A stretch of 63,938 nucleotides of DNA, filler included, from Nemertoderma westbladi (Eukaryota > Animalia > Xenacoelomorpha), in assembly GCA_032718475.1 (NCBI GenBank). It is 5 parts of 5 records of this genome, joined end to end, with 100 filler letters (N's around TTAATTAATTAA, not from the genome) between each part and the next. Parts side by side here need not be neighbours in the genome. Positions count along the whole stretch, not along the records: positions 1 to 22,548 come from JAUCBJ010005912.1; positions 22,649 to 37,625 come from JAUCBJ010004523.1; 3 more parts are not named here. One strand, given 5' to 3'. The translations under genes were made by a program, and so were the position numbers. The notes under the pieces were generated by a model. That model made no database searches and was not told the origin of the DNA. It worked only from the letters and a program-made list of their open reading frames with translations. Of the stretch, positions 13,296 to 25,058 are shown piece by piece; the first letter of the stretch is position 1, and the number at the start of each line of letters is the position of its first letter.

Positions 13296-15202
13296 TTGTA
13301 ATTTTGTTACATTATTGTTCGCGCTTTTAGACCTTTAGCAGTTTAACCTGCCAATTTAAATGTCTTTTTAATTATGAATCGACTTTAGCCCTTACCAATT
13401 ACCTGGTGTACTGAAGTTACATCTGCCGAAGCCAGTCCGTGCGCGGTGTATGACCCACGGTGTAGGTGACTGGATTCGGGTTCCCTAGGAAGTTATTGCG
13501 GTGTAGGCTACTTTTTTATTATTCGATTGATCGCTACTATATAATCTCTGACAACTATATTTACTTTCGGGGAAATATTAACAGTTCCTTTAGGACGTGG
13601 CGCTTTAAGTATAAAACAGAATTATGACTTACACTAATCACAACTAGATGGCCACATAGTTTCGTAAATAGCGCATTCTTTAGGAGATGCTTTATTAACC
13701 TTCACATGACTTCACACTACTTCACACTAATTTGCCGACTGTCACTGATTTTGATCATATATAAGGAGGATTGCAACTGACACACGTAGGGATTATGAAA
13801 TAGCATTTAATTCACACAAAAACCACTATAATTTGAGTCACAGTTGCTACCGGTAGACTCTTCCTCCGCTTACCTCAGTAATCAAGAAGATTGAGGGGTT
13901 TACGATTATTTATCGGTATTCTCCAAATATAACATCCATTAATATAAACAGCAATTGACACAATATAAAACAGCATTAAAACAGTGCGGTGAACAGTCAG
14001 TATGTGTTCAGTCATATGAGTTGCGATATGAAATGAGGTGTGTCCACGTCCAGTGTCCAGTTAATAGATTTATGTTCTTATAACTAAGGCCATCAGATGT
14101 TCTTGGGCCAAAGTCTGAAACGACCGTACTTAGTACATAATTCTGAGAGGAATATAATTCTCAGAAAAACGATAATTGAATGCACATGCGCTAGTTTCCT
14201 CAGGTAGGTCTCTACTGGCATAACTGGGAACATTGCTCTGATTGGCTGAATAAGCTCGAACAAAGGGATCTCCACGTACACAAAGAATCAGCTGACAGAT
14301 TTCGTCATATTGGTTCTAATTTCTGTCCAACGCGTAGTTGAACAATTTTAGGGCTATTTTAGAGTATTCTGCGCATTGCCTAAAAATGACTTGTTATATC
14401 TGCTTTACAATTATGTCAACTTATCAGCATTCAGTATGTGAAGAAAGAATTTTATGGATACTCACTCATACATTTTAATCATGTACTAACTATATCGAAT
14501 ATAAGTGAAATTTATTAACAGGTACACAGTATTAATTATACATTTAAATCTAATTAAAGTTTATTGGAAGTTATCTCCTGCATGGATGTGATAAATCATT
14601 AATCCATCTTGACTATAGTCGACTGAAGCAAACCTAGTCACAGTCTGTCTCCATTCAGTTTTACTGAACACTGTCGTCACTTTCTTTGGTCATTTCAGTG
14701 TCTTCCATAATGTAATACAGTACACATTAAACAATTATTTACATACAGTAGCTAGTCCCATCACTGCAAACTGAATAATAAACCAGCACTCATTAACATA
14801 AATGGAAATAATACATTCTGGAATACGGTAATTGAAGTTGTTTCCATGTTATTGATTACTTTGCAGCTTTCCTTCCTATAGGCCGCAATGCTGCAACGTA
14901 GTTCTTTGAAGCGTTACGAGTAATGCACCAGAACGCTGTTAAGCGTCTGTAGTACTGTATCTGTAATCCTATTGGTCAATTAGAAGATTGATTGAGATTG
15001 AATTGATATAATTCGTTAATCGACTTGAAAACAGTTACCAACTCTAATATTTGTAAACATTTTACAGTTCACATCCTAGTCAGAACATGAATACTGGGTC
15101 ATTAATCCAGAAACCTGCCACCTCCCAGCAGTGGCTGCATAGACCCTCTTAAAAACGGCATCATAAATGGCATCATGAATCTTGATTCATCACAAAAATG
15201 GG

Positions 15203-15382
15203 CCTGTTTTGCAAACAGAAACTGGAAAGCCAGGGTAATTTCATTAGTAAGCCAATTCCAACGACAAATTTAGCCAGTAATTCTCCATTGAACCTGTTTT
15301 GCAAACAGAAACTGGAAAGCCAGGGTAATTTCATTAGTAAGCCAATTCCAACGACAAATTTAGCCAGTAATTCTCCATTGAA
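15203..15382 (+). repeat. Two exact 90-bp tandem copies (intronic)
   Basis: CCTGTTTTGCAAACAGAAACTGG... at 15203 and 15293. Confidence 0.95.
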
Positions 15383-15406
15383 CAAATTATCCATTTTATG
15401 TTTCAG

Positions 15407-15532
15407 ATGTTAATGAATGTCTTAGCAATGAATATCATAATTGCCACAATGATGCTACCTGCACAAATGATGACGGTGGATTCACATGTACTTGCAATTC
15501 AGGCTATTCTGGCAACGGTATATCATGCAATG
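15407..15532 (+). CDS. Host gene exon: second calcium-binding EGF-like domain (not in the ORF track)
   Basis: Acceptor tgtttcAG, donor GTGAGC, phase 1-1; DVNECLSNEYHNCHNDATCTNDDGGFTCTCNSGYSGNGISCN. Confidence 0.9.
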
Positions 15533-15964
15533 GTGAGCTAAACGAATATAAATTAAATAATCGTTATACAATTAAAGACGGCGTCAAGACGCCGTGAAGG
15601 AACCGAAGTTAAACCAAACCGAAACAAATATTTTTACAGGCCATACATAAGCCACCGACTATTTTTACAAGATATTAACTCTAAACCAATTTCGATCATA
15701 GTGCCTGTTTACGAATTTGGGTTTCCAGTTACGAATTTGACTACCTGGTTACGAATGTGTTTTTCCGCGTTGCGAATCAAGGTGTTTGCTTTCAAATATG
15801 AGCACCTTGTCAAGAATTGATGTCCCTGGTTACAATTTGTTACAATATGGTTGCAAATCTGAGCACGAGCACCCAGTTTCAAATCTGAGTTCCAGGTTAT
15901 AAATTCAACAACCCAGTTACAAATCTAAGTAGTCAGTAACAAATCCAAGAATATATATTATTAT

Positions 15965-16718
15965 ATATATATTATGAAAACACGTTTTTGTTGTTGATTA
16001 TTAGACCTAGGCCTACATATTGGAGGGGGGGGGTTCGGGCATGGAGGGGAATTCAAATATGTACTGCTACTCTTTCGCCAATGATGTAATTCCTGCATAC
16101 TTAGTTACGGACCGGTAATGTAGTCGATTCAATAGAGGCCTACTGCAGTACTGTTGTGCCTAGCATTGTATTGTCAGATTGTAGTAGGCCTACCGGCTAC
16201 ATATAGCTATGATAACCTAGGCCTATTGGCCTAGACAGGTTTTGTTAGATACAGCTAGGCCTACTACAGTACTATGAATGGCTCTGCCTCACGCCCCGCT
16301 GTCCTACTGCAGTAGCCTACTAACTGGCCTGCACACTTCCGCACTTGCAGGAATTACATCGTTGGCGAATGAGTAGCGGTACATATTTGAATTCCCCCCA
16401 TGCCCCACCCCCCCCCCCCCCCCCCCCCTCCAATATGCAAAATAAGCAACAACAAAAACGTGTTTTCATAATATAATTAATTTTGCAAGTTCATCCAAAA
16501 ACGTGTTTTCATAATATAATTAATTTTGCCAGTTCAACCAAAAACGTGTTTTCATAATATAATTAATTTTGCCAGTTCAACCAAAAACGTGTTTTCATAA
16601 TATAATTAATTTTGCAAGTTCATCCAAAAACGTGTTTTCATAATATAATTAATTTTACAACATCACCAAAAACGTGTTTCCATAATATAATTAATTTTGG
16701 CCGAATTCAGCCACCGTA
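15965..16718. mobile_element. MITE-like element with ~130-bp inverted arms followed by six ~43-bp tandem units
   Basis: 15965-16097 is the reverse complement of 16347-16480; unit AAAAACGTGTTTTCATAATATAATTAATTTTGC repeats to ~16700; ends ...GGCCGAATTCAGCCACCGTA. Confidence 0.65.
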
Positions 16719-16814
16719 CATATTGAATCAATATGTTGGTAACATATTGTTTTAATATGTTTCCAGCATGTTAACATATTGATTCAATATGTTGCCAGCA
16801 TGTTAACATATTGA

Positions 16815-19248
16815 AACAAATTGGCCCAGAAGACATCAAGGGTTACACCTATAACACCAGTTCTAACAGAAATGGGTACTTACTTTTAGACCTAATGGAA
16901 GAATGTGAATTGATACCAACAAACAACACATTCGAAAAGAGTAAGGGGAAGCTATGGACCTTTCAATACCCTAATGGAACCAAAGCACAACTGGATTACA
17001 TCCTCATAAACAAAAAGTGGAGAAACAGCATGATCAACTGCGAGGCATACAGCTCGTTCAACCTAACTGGTTCGGACCACAGAATTGTGACTGCAGAGAT
17101 CAGACTCAGTTTGAGAGCCAGCAAACCCAGGACAAGCAAGCAAATCAAATATGACTGGGAAAAACTCAGAACTGACAATGCTGTAAAGGATGCTTATACA
17201 GTAGAAGTTCAAAACCGCTTTGAAGCACTTCAGTCAATGGATGAAGACCAATCCACCAATTCAATATACCAGAATATAATAACAGCCCACAAGGAATCAG
17301 CTAAGAGGCATATCCCCCAGAAACCCAAACGAAAACAATATGTGCCATGGCAAAACTCTGAGGTTACTTGTAAGAGAGAAGATCTTAAGATAGCCTACAA
17401 AGTTAAAACCGAACAACCAACAACCGAAAACATTAACAAGGTTGAGAAAGCTAAGGACGATCTTAAATTGGCCTACAACATCAGCCAGGAAAAGTACATA
17501 CAGGATAAAACTGAAGCAATTACAACTGCTCACATACAGCAACAATCAAGACTTACCTGGCAAACTGTAAATGAGGTATCTAGTTGGAAAAGTTGTGCAA
17601 AGGGGCGCCTCAAAGCCGATAGTCCTGAAGAACGTGTTGGGAAATGGAAAAATCACATCAGCAACTTGCTTGGGCAGCCACCAAACATTGAGGTCAGCCC
17701 TACAAGGAAAATATATGACAAGACACTACCTATAGAAACAGGGGACTTCACACCTGCCGAACTCCAAAGAAGCATTAAAAGCATGTCCAATAATAAAGCG
17801 AGTGGATTAGATGAAATCCCAGCGGAGGTATGGAAATCCGGAGTGCTAAACAGACCATTATTGAATGTTTGCAACCGGATGTTAAAAGGGGAAAAAGCCA
17901 CCACCAATTTGGACTAAAGGTCAACTAAAGCCTCTCCCCAAGAAAGGAGACCTCGGCATACCAACAAACTATTGTGGGATCTGTCTGCTTGTGGTAGCTG
18001 CCAAAATATACAATAAAATGATTCTATATAGGATTAGGCCTCACATAGAGAAACTACTGCGTAAGAGCCAAAACAGATTTCGACCAAGTAGATCAACAAT
18101 AGCTCAGATACTTGCACTACGGAGACTGATTGAAGGAATTAAGTCAAAGAATCTCCCCGCTGACATGACTTTTGTGGACTTCAAGAAGGCATTCGACTCC
18201 ATCCATAGAGGTAAAATGCTTGAAATCCTAAGAGCTTATGGAATACCAGAAGTAATTATTGCTGGCATTGGATTGTTATATTGTGACACAGAAGCACAGG
18301 TGCTCTCACCAGATGGTGAAACTGAGTTTTTCTCAATCCTGGCTGGCGTACTGCAAGGTGACACATTAGCACCATTACTATTTGTAATTGTGCTGGATTA
18401 CGCAATGAGGATGGCCACAAAGGGTGGAAGACCTGGGATTCACACTTCAAGAACGCAGAAGTAGTAGATATCCGGCAACTACAGTCACAGACACCGACTT
18501 TGCGGATGACATCGCCCTGCTCTCTAATACCCTAGCAGATGCACAGCTTCTACTAAATAAAGTGGAGAGGGCTGCTAAGGAGGTTGGATTGCCTATAAAT
18601 GCTACAAAGACCGAATTCATGACCTTTAATGTTGATGGAAACTTGACAACCATTGATAATAATCAACTAAGGAAGGTAGATGACTTCCAGTACCTTGGAT
18701 CATGGATAGAGAGTAGCAAAAAGGACATAGAAGTTAGGAAAGCAAAGGCTTGGGTAGCTCTATCAAAAATGGATACCATCTGGAAATCAGATCTCTCCAG
18801 GCACCTGAAGACTAAGTTCTTTCGAGCCACAGTGGAAAGTGTATTTTTATATGGGGGTGAGACCTGGACACTGACTAAATCACTTGAACAACGAATTGAT
18901 GGTTGCTACACAAGACTACTAAGGGCAGCCCTAAACATCAGCTGGAGACAACACATGACAAACGCCGAGCTTTATGGTACAATACCACCTGTATCAACCA
19001 CCCTCTGTGAACGCAGATTAAGATTCAGTGGGCACTGCTGGCGAAGTAAAGACGAGGTAATATCAGATCTACTTTTCTGGCAACCAACTCATGGAAAGCG
19101 TAGTCGTGGACGACCGGCCATAACATATATAGATCAACTTGAAAGGGATACTGAACTTAGGAGAAACGAAATTGCTACAACTATGGAGAATCGGGAAGCC
19201 TGGAAGGATCTCATTTCCACTGTCCGAGTTCGCTCGACCTAGTAGTAG
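16815..19248 (+). mobile_element. RTE-clade LINE, 5'-truncated within the APE endonuclease, two frameshifts
   Basis: APE motifs QLDYIL and SDHR; RT motifs FVDFKKAFDS, GVLQGDTLAP and FADD; C-terminal RRLRFSGHCWR..RGRP; (TAG)n tail; flanked by TAACATATTGA at 16804-16814 and 19249-19259. Confidence 0.92.
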
Positions 19249-19560
19249 TAACATATTGATTCAATATGTTGCCAGCATGTCAACATATTGATGCAATATG
19301 TGCAAATATTGATTCAATATGTTGCCAACATGTCAACATATTGATTCAATATGTGTGAATATTGATTCAATATTTGAGAATATTAATTCAATATGTTTGT
19401 ATATTGAATCAATATTTGCACAATATTGATTGAATTTCTGTTAATTATTGAATATTCAATATATATTGAATTAAGGTGTAATAATATTGCACGATGATGT
19501 AATATTATTGATATTACTCGCAATATTGATATTGAAGAATACCATACTGATATTGAAGAG
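19249..19560. repeat. AT-rich repeat of palindromic ATATTGA(T/A)TCAATAT units, continuing 16719-16814
   Basis: The same AACATATTGATTCAATATGTTGCCAGCATG unit occurs on both sides of the RTE. Confidence 0.8.
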
Positions 19561-20087
19561 TGAAATATTGGATTTTGAGCCTAATCAGATGCCATAGGCG
19601 GCATGTAGCATGTTTCAGCCAGAGGCCAATGAAATGTGTTAGCCTATTATAGGCAGTATATTTTCCCCATATAATACCTATAGGGGCTGTTGCGCTGTCA
19701 GTCAGAGAGGTAACAGCCCATGGGGTAAGGATTTACCCATGGGGTTCTAACTATCAGATAGTCTGATACCAACTGTCAGACAGTCTTTTTCAACTATCAG
19801 ATAGATGATCGCCCAGTTACAAGTTGCCCGATAGTTGTATTTTTTAAACCCCGAGTGTTGTTGACGGAGTCTGTTACTTCCGAAATCGTTGATCGTGGTG
19901 CCGGTGCCGGAATTCTGGCTTTGATTAAAAACACTGAACTGCTGAACGATGGCGGAATCTACGAAACCCGGCCGGATTCCTAATCCGAGGAGGCGACGGA
20001 GTCAATTAAACGTAACAATGAAACGATCGCGATGGACAATGGACTGATGGAGTCTATTCAATGTATCCAGAACGATACGATGGCGGC

Positions 20088-20392
20088 GGAGTCTATTACA
20101 GTATTAAACACGCATCCAAAGCGATCAGATGATGGCGAAGTAATCTACAAAACAGAGAACGACAGGAAGGCGATGGAGTTTCTGAGTTAATTAAACCCAG
20201 TAAGATGTGCATAGCGAAGCGATCGAGACGGATAACGGAGTCTATTACAGTATTAAACACGCAACCAAAGCGATCAGACGATGGCGAAGTAATCTACAAA
20301 ACAGAGAACGACAGGAAGGCGATGGAGTTTATTAAACCCAGTAAGATGGTGCATAGCGAAGCGATCGAGACGGATAACGGAGTCTATTACAG
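20088..20392 (+). repeat. ~150-bp tandem duplication
   Basis: GGAGTCTATTACAGTATTAAACACGCA..AAAGCGATCAGA.GATGGCGAAG occurs at ~20088 and ~20238. Confidence 0.85.
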
Positions 20393-21330
20393 AATTAAAC
20401 CTGGAACGAAGACGGTGGAATCTATAGGCCTAAACCTGGAACAATGCGAACAAGGCTACTCTAAAGTTAGACTAGACTGGTTTGTGAGATTAACTTGCCA
20501 ATACTAACTCAATACAATTTGCTTTCTTCGAATTCCTAATAATATATTTTAATCTTAATAATAAATTATTCAACATCAATTATTTTATAAGTCTTGTCAA
20601 TGTATAAGATTGCTAAAGACTAAAGAGCTAACTTTAGGAAGATCTGCCTTATATTTTTAGAATTATTATAATTAATTTTGTTATGTTTATAATGAATTGT
20701 ATCTTTTGACAGACTACTTGATGTGCGACCGTGATAATAAAATTAAATGGTGCCGAAATATTTTCACTTACTTAACTGCAGGGGGGGGGGGGGGGGGGGG
20801 GGCAATCAATATTCTTCCCTCTCCAGGTGAAAATCGACGCAAATAACAGCTTGTTTACTACTAAAATAAAACTGCATCCTGTTCTATAGGAAAAAACATT
20901 ATAGGGGAAACTTTAGCAAGTTGTGTTTATTTTAGCCGATAGACAAGATTACATGTTTACCAAGTTTGGTATAATTTAGTCAAAGATTGAATAAGTTACG
21001 ATTTAAATTATCAGTGGAGGGTGAAGGCGCCGGGCCAGGATTCAGTTATACTTGAATAAAGAATAGTGATTAAACCAAGCAGCCAAGGGATACGCGATAT
21101 ATGACACTGCTGTATAAGTTCATTGAATGACTGTTGATTTCGAAACATTTAATTCAAAACTATATAAATGTTAATATAATGTTGGATTTTTTTTTTGTAA
21201 TAATTAACAGATGAATTATATTTCATTAATTTATTTTTTTTATCTAATCACATTATTAAATAACGAAGCACAGAAATAATACTAAGATTGAATATTTAAT
21301 TGAAGGTACAGTACCGAATTGAATATTTGA

Positions 21331-21532
21331 ATGGGAGAATCTTTTAGGCTCGTTAAGCCAAGGAATGCCTGTTCACCACCATGGGTGATCTTTCACAGTA
21401 AACCCTTCCACTCTGTTTCCCAAGTTGCCTTGGTTCCCAATCGACCACTGAAGGATAAAAGCCGGGGTTGGGCTAGGCTGCAGCATTTAAAGCACTGTGC
21501 CCAAACAGTACTGCTCCATCTAGGGATCGAAC
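21331..21532 (-). mobile_element. 5'-truncated tRNA-derived SINE with 13-bp TSD
   Basis: Minus strand begins GTTCGATCC (Pol III B-box-like); flanked by ATTGAATATTTGA at 21318-21330 and 21533-21545; second copy at 53858-54058. Confidence 0.75.
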
Positions 21533-21564
21533 ATTGAATATTTGAGATTGCATAAGATAGAGTA

Positions 21565-21977
21565 TTGAATATTGAATATCTTCGGCCGTCATCCCGTTGG
21601 TGACTGCATTGGCAACCATTTCGACAGTTTCGATTGGTTTCGGCTCTTCAGTCCCCGAATAGACCGATGGTCGGCGTGGTTGCTGTCCCCATGACTGAGG
21701 CTGCATTACCAACCAAAATTGCCATCTCCAGGCGTTGGAGCAGAAACTGGTGTGACCGCGGTTCGTGGGTGGCACTGTGGAGACGAGCCCCGATCTCCCG
21801 GAGGAAGGTGGATGTCTCTGGACCAGGGCGGCCAAAGGTCTCAAAGGCCACGGGGTGAAATAAATGGCCCCGGTCCATTAGGTCGCGATACTTAGAGTTT
21901 TTAATGCGCTCCGCCCCCTTAGCTGAGTGCCCCTCGGCAATGATGGTTTGTTGAAGGTGGCTGGGGGCCAGTGGATC
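21565..21977 (-). mobile_element. 3' fragment of a third CRE-like retrotransposon (RLE C-terminus)
   Basis: PLAPSHL, KYRDL, FHPVAFETFGRPGP and LLQRLEMAILVGNAASV; tail (ATATTCA)n. Confidence 0.8.
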
Positions 21978-22548
21978 TAGTAATAATTAACGCAAAGATA
22001 TGATTAGGTAGGCCTACGTGATATTACTGTATTAATTTCTCAAACCAAACCTCCATTGACGTCAAATATATCCAATTTCTCAATCCATACTAATCCGTAT
22101 GTAATAATGCAGTAATGTACACTGTAATGCAATACCGGTAATGTCAATGTCCAACCAAACAATGCGTTGAGTGTTATCGGACCAGCCTCCGAGAAATGTT
22201 AGGCTAACGGCACCTCGCTCTGTCGCATCAGTTTTTGTAGTGGTCAGGTGGTCTAGTTCCAGGCTACCAGAATCCGTTAGGCCTAGTGCATGATATAGAA
22301 TCAGCACATCCTGACATCTGTGCAACTCCTGAACTCACGCGAGCATTTTACAGATGGTGGTCTAATTTATATGGTCTTGTACCGCGAAACCGTGTATTAT
22401 TTACAGATGTAGGCTAAATTTCGGGTCTTGTACCGTGCACAGTACTGGTGGGCCTACACAGCTACTGCTATTTTGCCTAATACAGGTCCCAGAGGTAAAT
22501 CCTTACCCCACAGGCTGTTACCTCTCTGACTGACAGCGCAACAGCCCT

Positions 22549-22648
22549 NNNNNNNNNNNNNNNNNNNNNNNNNNNNNNNNNNNNNNNNNNNNTTAATTAA
22601 TTAANNNNNNNNNNNNNNNNNNNNNNNNNNNNNNNNNNNNNNNNNNNN
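22549..22648. other. Artificial contig-join spacer
   Basis: N44-TTAATTAATTAA-N44 (stop codons in all six frames). Confidence 0.97.
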
Positions 22649-23870
22649 GAGTTCTGGGCTTGAGCTATTACACATTGCGGAAGCGACGCCAATGAGTTAT
22701 TTGTACGCAGAGAGTAAGTAGACCGCTGAAAGTTTATTAGGTCCGACATATATTCGGGGGCAAGGTTGTTGGCAATCTTGTACATATGGGTAGCTATAAC
22801 AGCATGTACTCTCTCTTGCAATGGTAGCCAGTTTATTTGTTCGAAGTGTTCAAGCCCGATGTGTGTGCGCGGTCCGAAGCCAAGGCAATATCTGATACAT
22901 TTTCTTTGGATAGCCTCTAGTTGTTTCCTGAGTTTCACAGGGATACTGAATATCCAGGTTGATGCCGCATAGTCAATACTTGGTTGGATTAGCGTGTTGC
23001 ATAGTAGACGACGCGTAAATTGATCCAAGACACTTCCATATCGATGCAAAAACTTTAGGCGTTTGTTGCATTTACTGATTACTTTGGAGGCCATTTCGAT
23101 ACCAGTCAAACATTGGTTTATATCAGAACCGAGGTATGTAATTGATGTCGCATTCTCAATCTTCCGACCATCACAATATACTTCTAACTTCGGGGAGGCT
23201 GCAATTCGCTGGTGGGATCCAATAAGAATAGCGAATGTTTTGTCAAAGTTAATGGTTAACTTGTTTTGAATGCACCAGTCAAGAACACGGTCCATTGTAG
23301 CGCTTAATGACTTGGATATAGTTTCTGCGTCTCTATCCGATTTCATTAGATTTGTATCATCTGCAAATACCGGGTCAAGAGTATCATCTTCAATCACAAT
23401 GTGGAAGTCATTGCCATTCCCCTGGAACAATAGAACTTCCAAGACTGACCCTTGTGGTACTCCATGGATTACTGGACGTGTGGTAGATTTAGCATTTCCG
23501 ATTGACACATACTGTTTTCTTCCAGTTAAGTACGATCTAAACCATTCTTTTGTTTTAGGTGACGCACCCATCGCTGTGAGTTTTTCTAACAGGATATCGT
23601 GGGTTTACAGTATCAAATGCCTTTTTAAGGTCGATTGTAACAATGCCTGTTAGTTTTCCCGCATCGATTCCCTTTCGGATAACCCGTATCAGCGAATATC
23701 AGAGCAGTTTCTGTGGAGTACCCTTCACGAAATCCTGATTGTAGAGTATGTATTAACTTCCTCTCAATGTAATGTGCCTGTAGCTGGTTAAACACTACCC
23801 TTTCGTGAATTTTGGATAGGATAGCCAGTAATGACAGCGGGCGGTAGTTACCCCGCAACAAGTTGTTGTC
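22649..23870 (-). mobile_element. CR1/L2-group LINE RT fragment
   Basis: NYRPLSLL, QSGFR, GVPQGSVL, FADDT and YLG; frameshifted. Confidence 0.85.
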
Positions 23871-24112
23871 CTTTGTGTTTGTAAGCCGCCTTCACAGATG
23901 CAATCTTGTAACAAGTTAGTGTTATATTCTTTCAATATTCGGTATTCGGTAGGCCTACCGAATTTTTTCAAATTAGGTTCGGTTCCGGTTCGGCAAAATA
24001 TTAAATTCGGTCGATCCATACCTGCATACCGGTAGTTGTTGGCAGTAACCTGAGGACAGCAGTAGGCTGCTGAGCTGAACTCTGAACTTCCCTCCCCAAT
24101 CGCACCGGTCTG

Positions 24113-24784
24113 GGTACATACTAAAAGGTAGAACGATCTATAACGGGCTATAACGATCTATAACGGGCTATAACTTCCTATAACAAGCTATAACCACCTA
24201 TAACGAGCTATAATCTGAAAATTTACAATAAAAAAACATATTTTAGAATGGATTTATTTTCCTAGTCAGTAATTTAATTACGCAATTTGGTTTTTTAGTC
24301 CATAATGCTTTTCATCTTTGTGGTATCACGAAATCAGTCATTACTGCATTAGTCAGCATGCCACTACTGCATTATCTGACTATCAGACAGTGCAGCAGTG
24401 GAGAGGTCTCCCATCTCTCTGTCTATCCTCCATCCTGCTATCCGCTGTCAGCTTCTGGTCGATATAGAATACAGGATATATTAGTGAGCAATATAGGCCA
24501 ATAAAAAAAACTTACCAGTAGGCAATTAGGCAGATAGGCCTACCCTAATTTTTAACCTGCGGTATTTTTCAGACCACCGTGTTAATCCAAAAGTTAAACA
24601 CACCCAAGGGGCGTTTTTTTAATGTAAATTTTCATATTATAGCTCGTTATAGGTGGTTATAGCTTGTTTATAGAAAGTTATAGCCCGTTATAGATCGTTA
24701 TAGCCCGTTATAGCCCGTTATAGTTATAGATCGTTATAGATCGTTATAGCCCGTTATAGATCGTTCTACCTTTTAGTACGTACC
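24113..24784. mobile_element. MITE with GGTAC-initiated TIRs, 10-bp subterminal repeats and 9-bp TSD (Merlin-like; MULE not excluded)
   Basis: GGTAC(A/G)TACTAAAAGGTAGAACGATCTATAACGGG at both ends; TSD ACCGGTCTG at 24104-24112 and 24785-24793. Confidence 0.85.
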
Positions 24785-25058
24785 ACCGGTCTGCTAGTTC
24801 AGTACTGCAGTAGTTTATAGTCTGACAGTTCTGCAGTTAGCAGGTTAGCAGTACTGCAGTATAGCAGTTCCCAGTTAGTGCAGTTCAGGTATTACTGTAT
24901 TACAGCTGTACAGTACCGTATTACTGTATTACAGTATTCAGGTATTAGACAGTTACCAGGTTACAGAGTTACCGGTACCGATGTAACGGCTGAACGGTAG
25001 GCCTGTACAGCTGCAGCAGTGTACTGGTGTTGGTGTAGGCTAGGCCTACACTTACAAT

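Larger units (their letters stand above)
19682..22548. mobile_element. Non-autonomous DNA transposon with ~55-bp TIRs (possibly PIF/Harbinger-like), carrying nested insertions
   Basis: GGGCTGTTGCGCTGTCAGTCAGAGAGGTAACAGCC..TGGGGTAAGGATTTACC at ~19683 and its reverse complement at 22494-22548; the right TSD is lost at the contig end. Confidence 0.75.

Noticed and set aside
22593-22604. TTAATTAATTAA as a biological motif or PacI-site cluster
   Set aside because: Always centred in identical N-runs; artificial spacer
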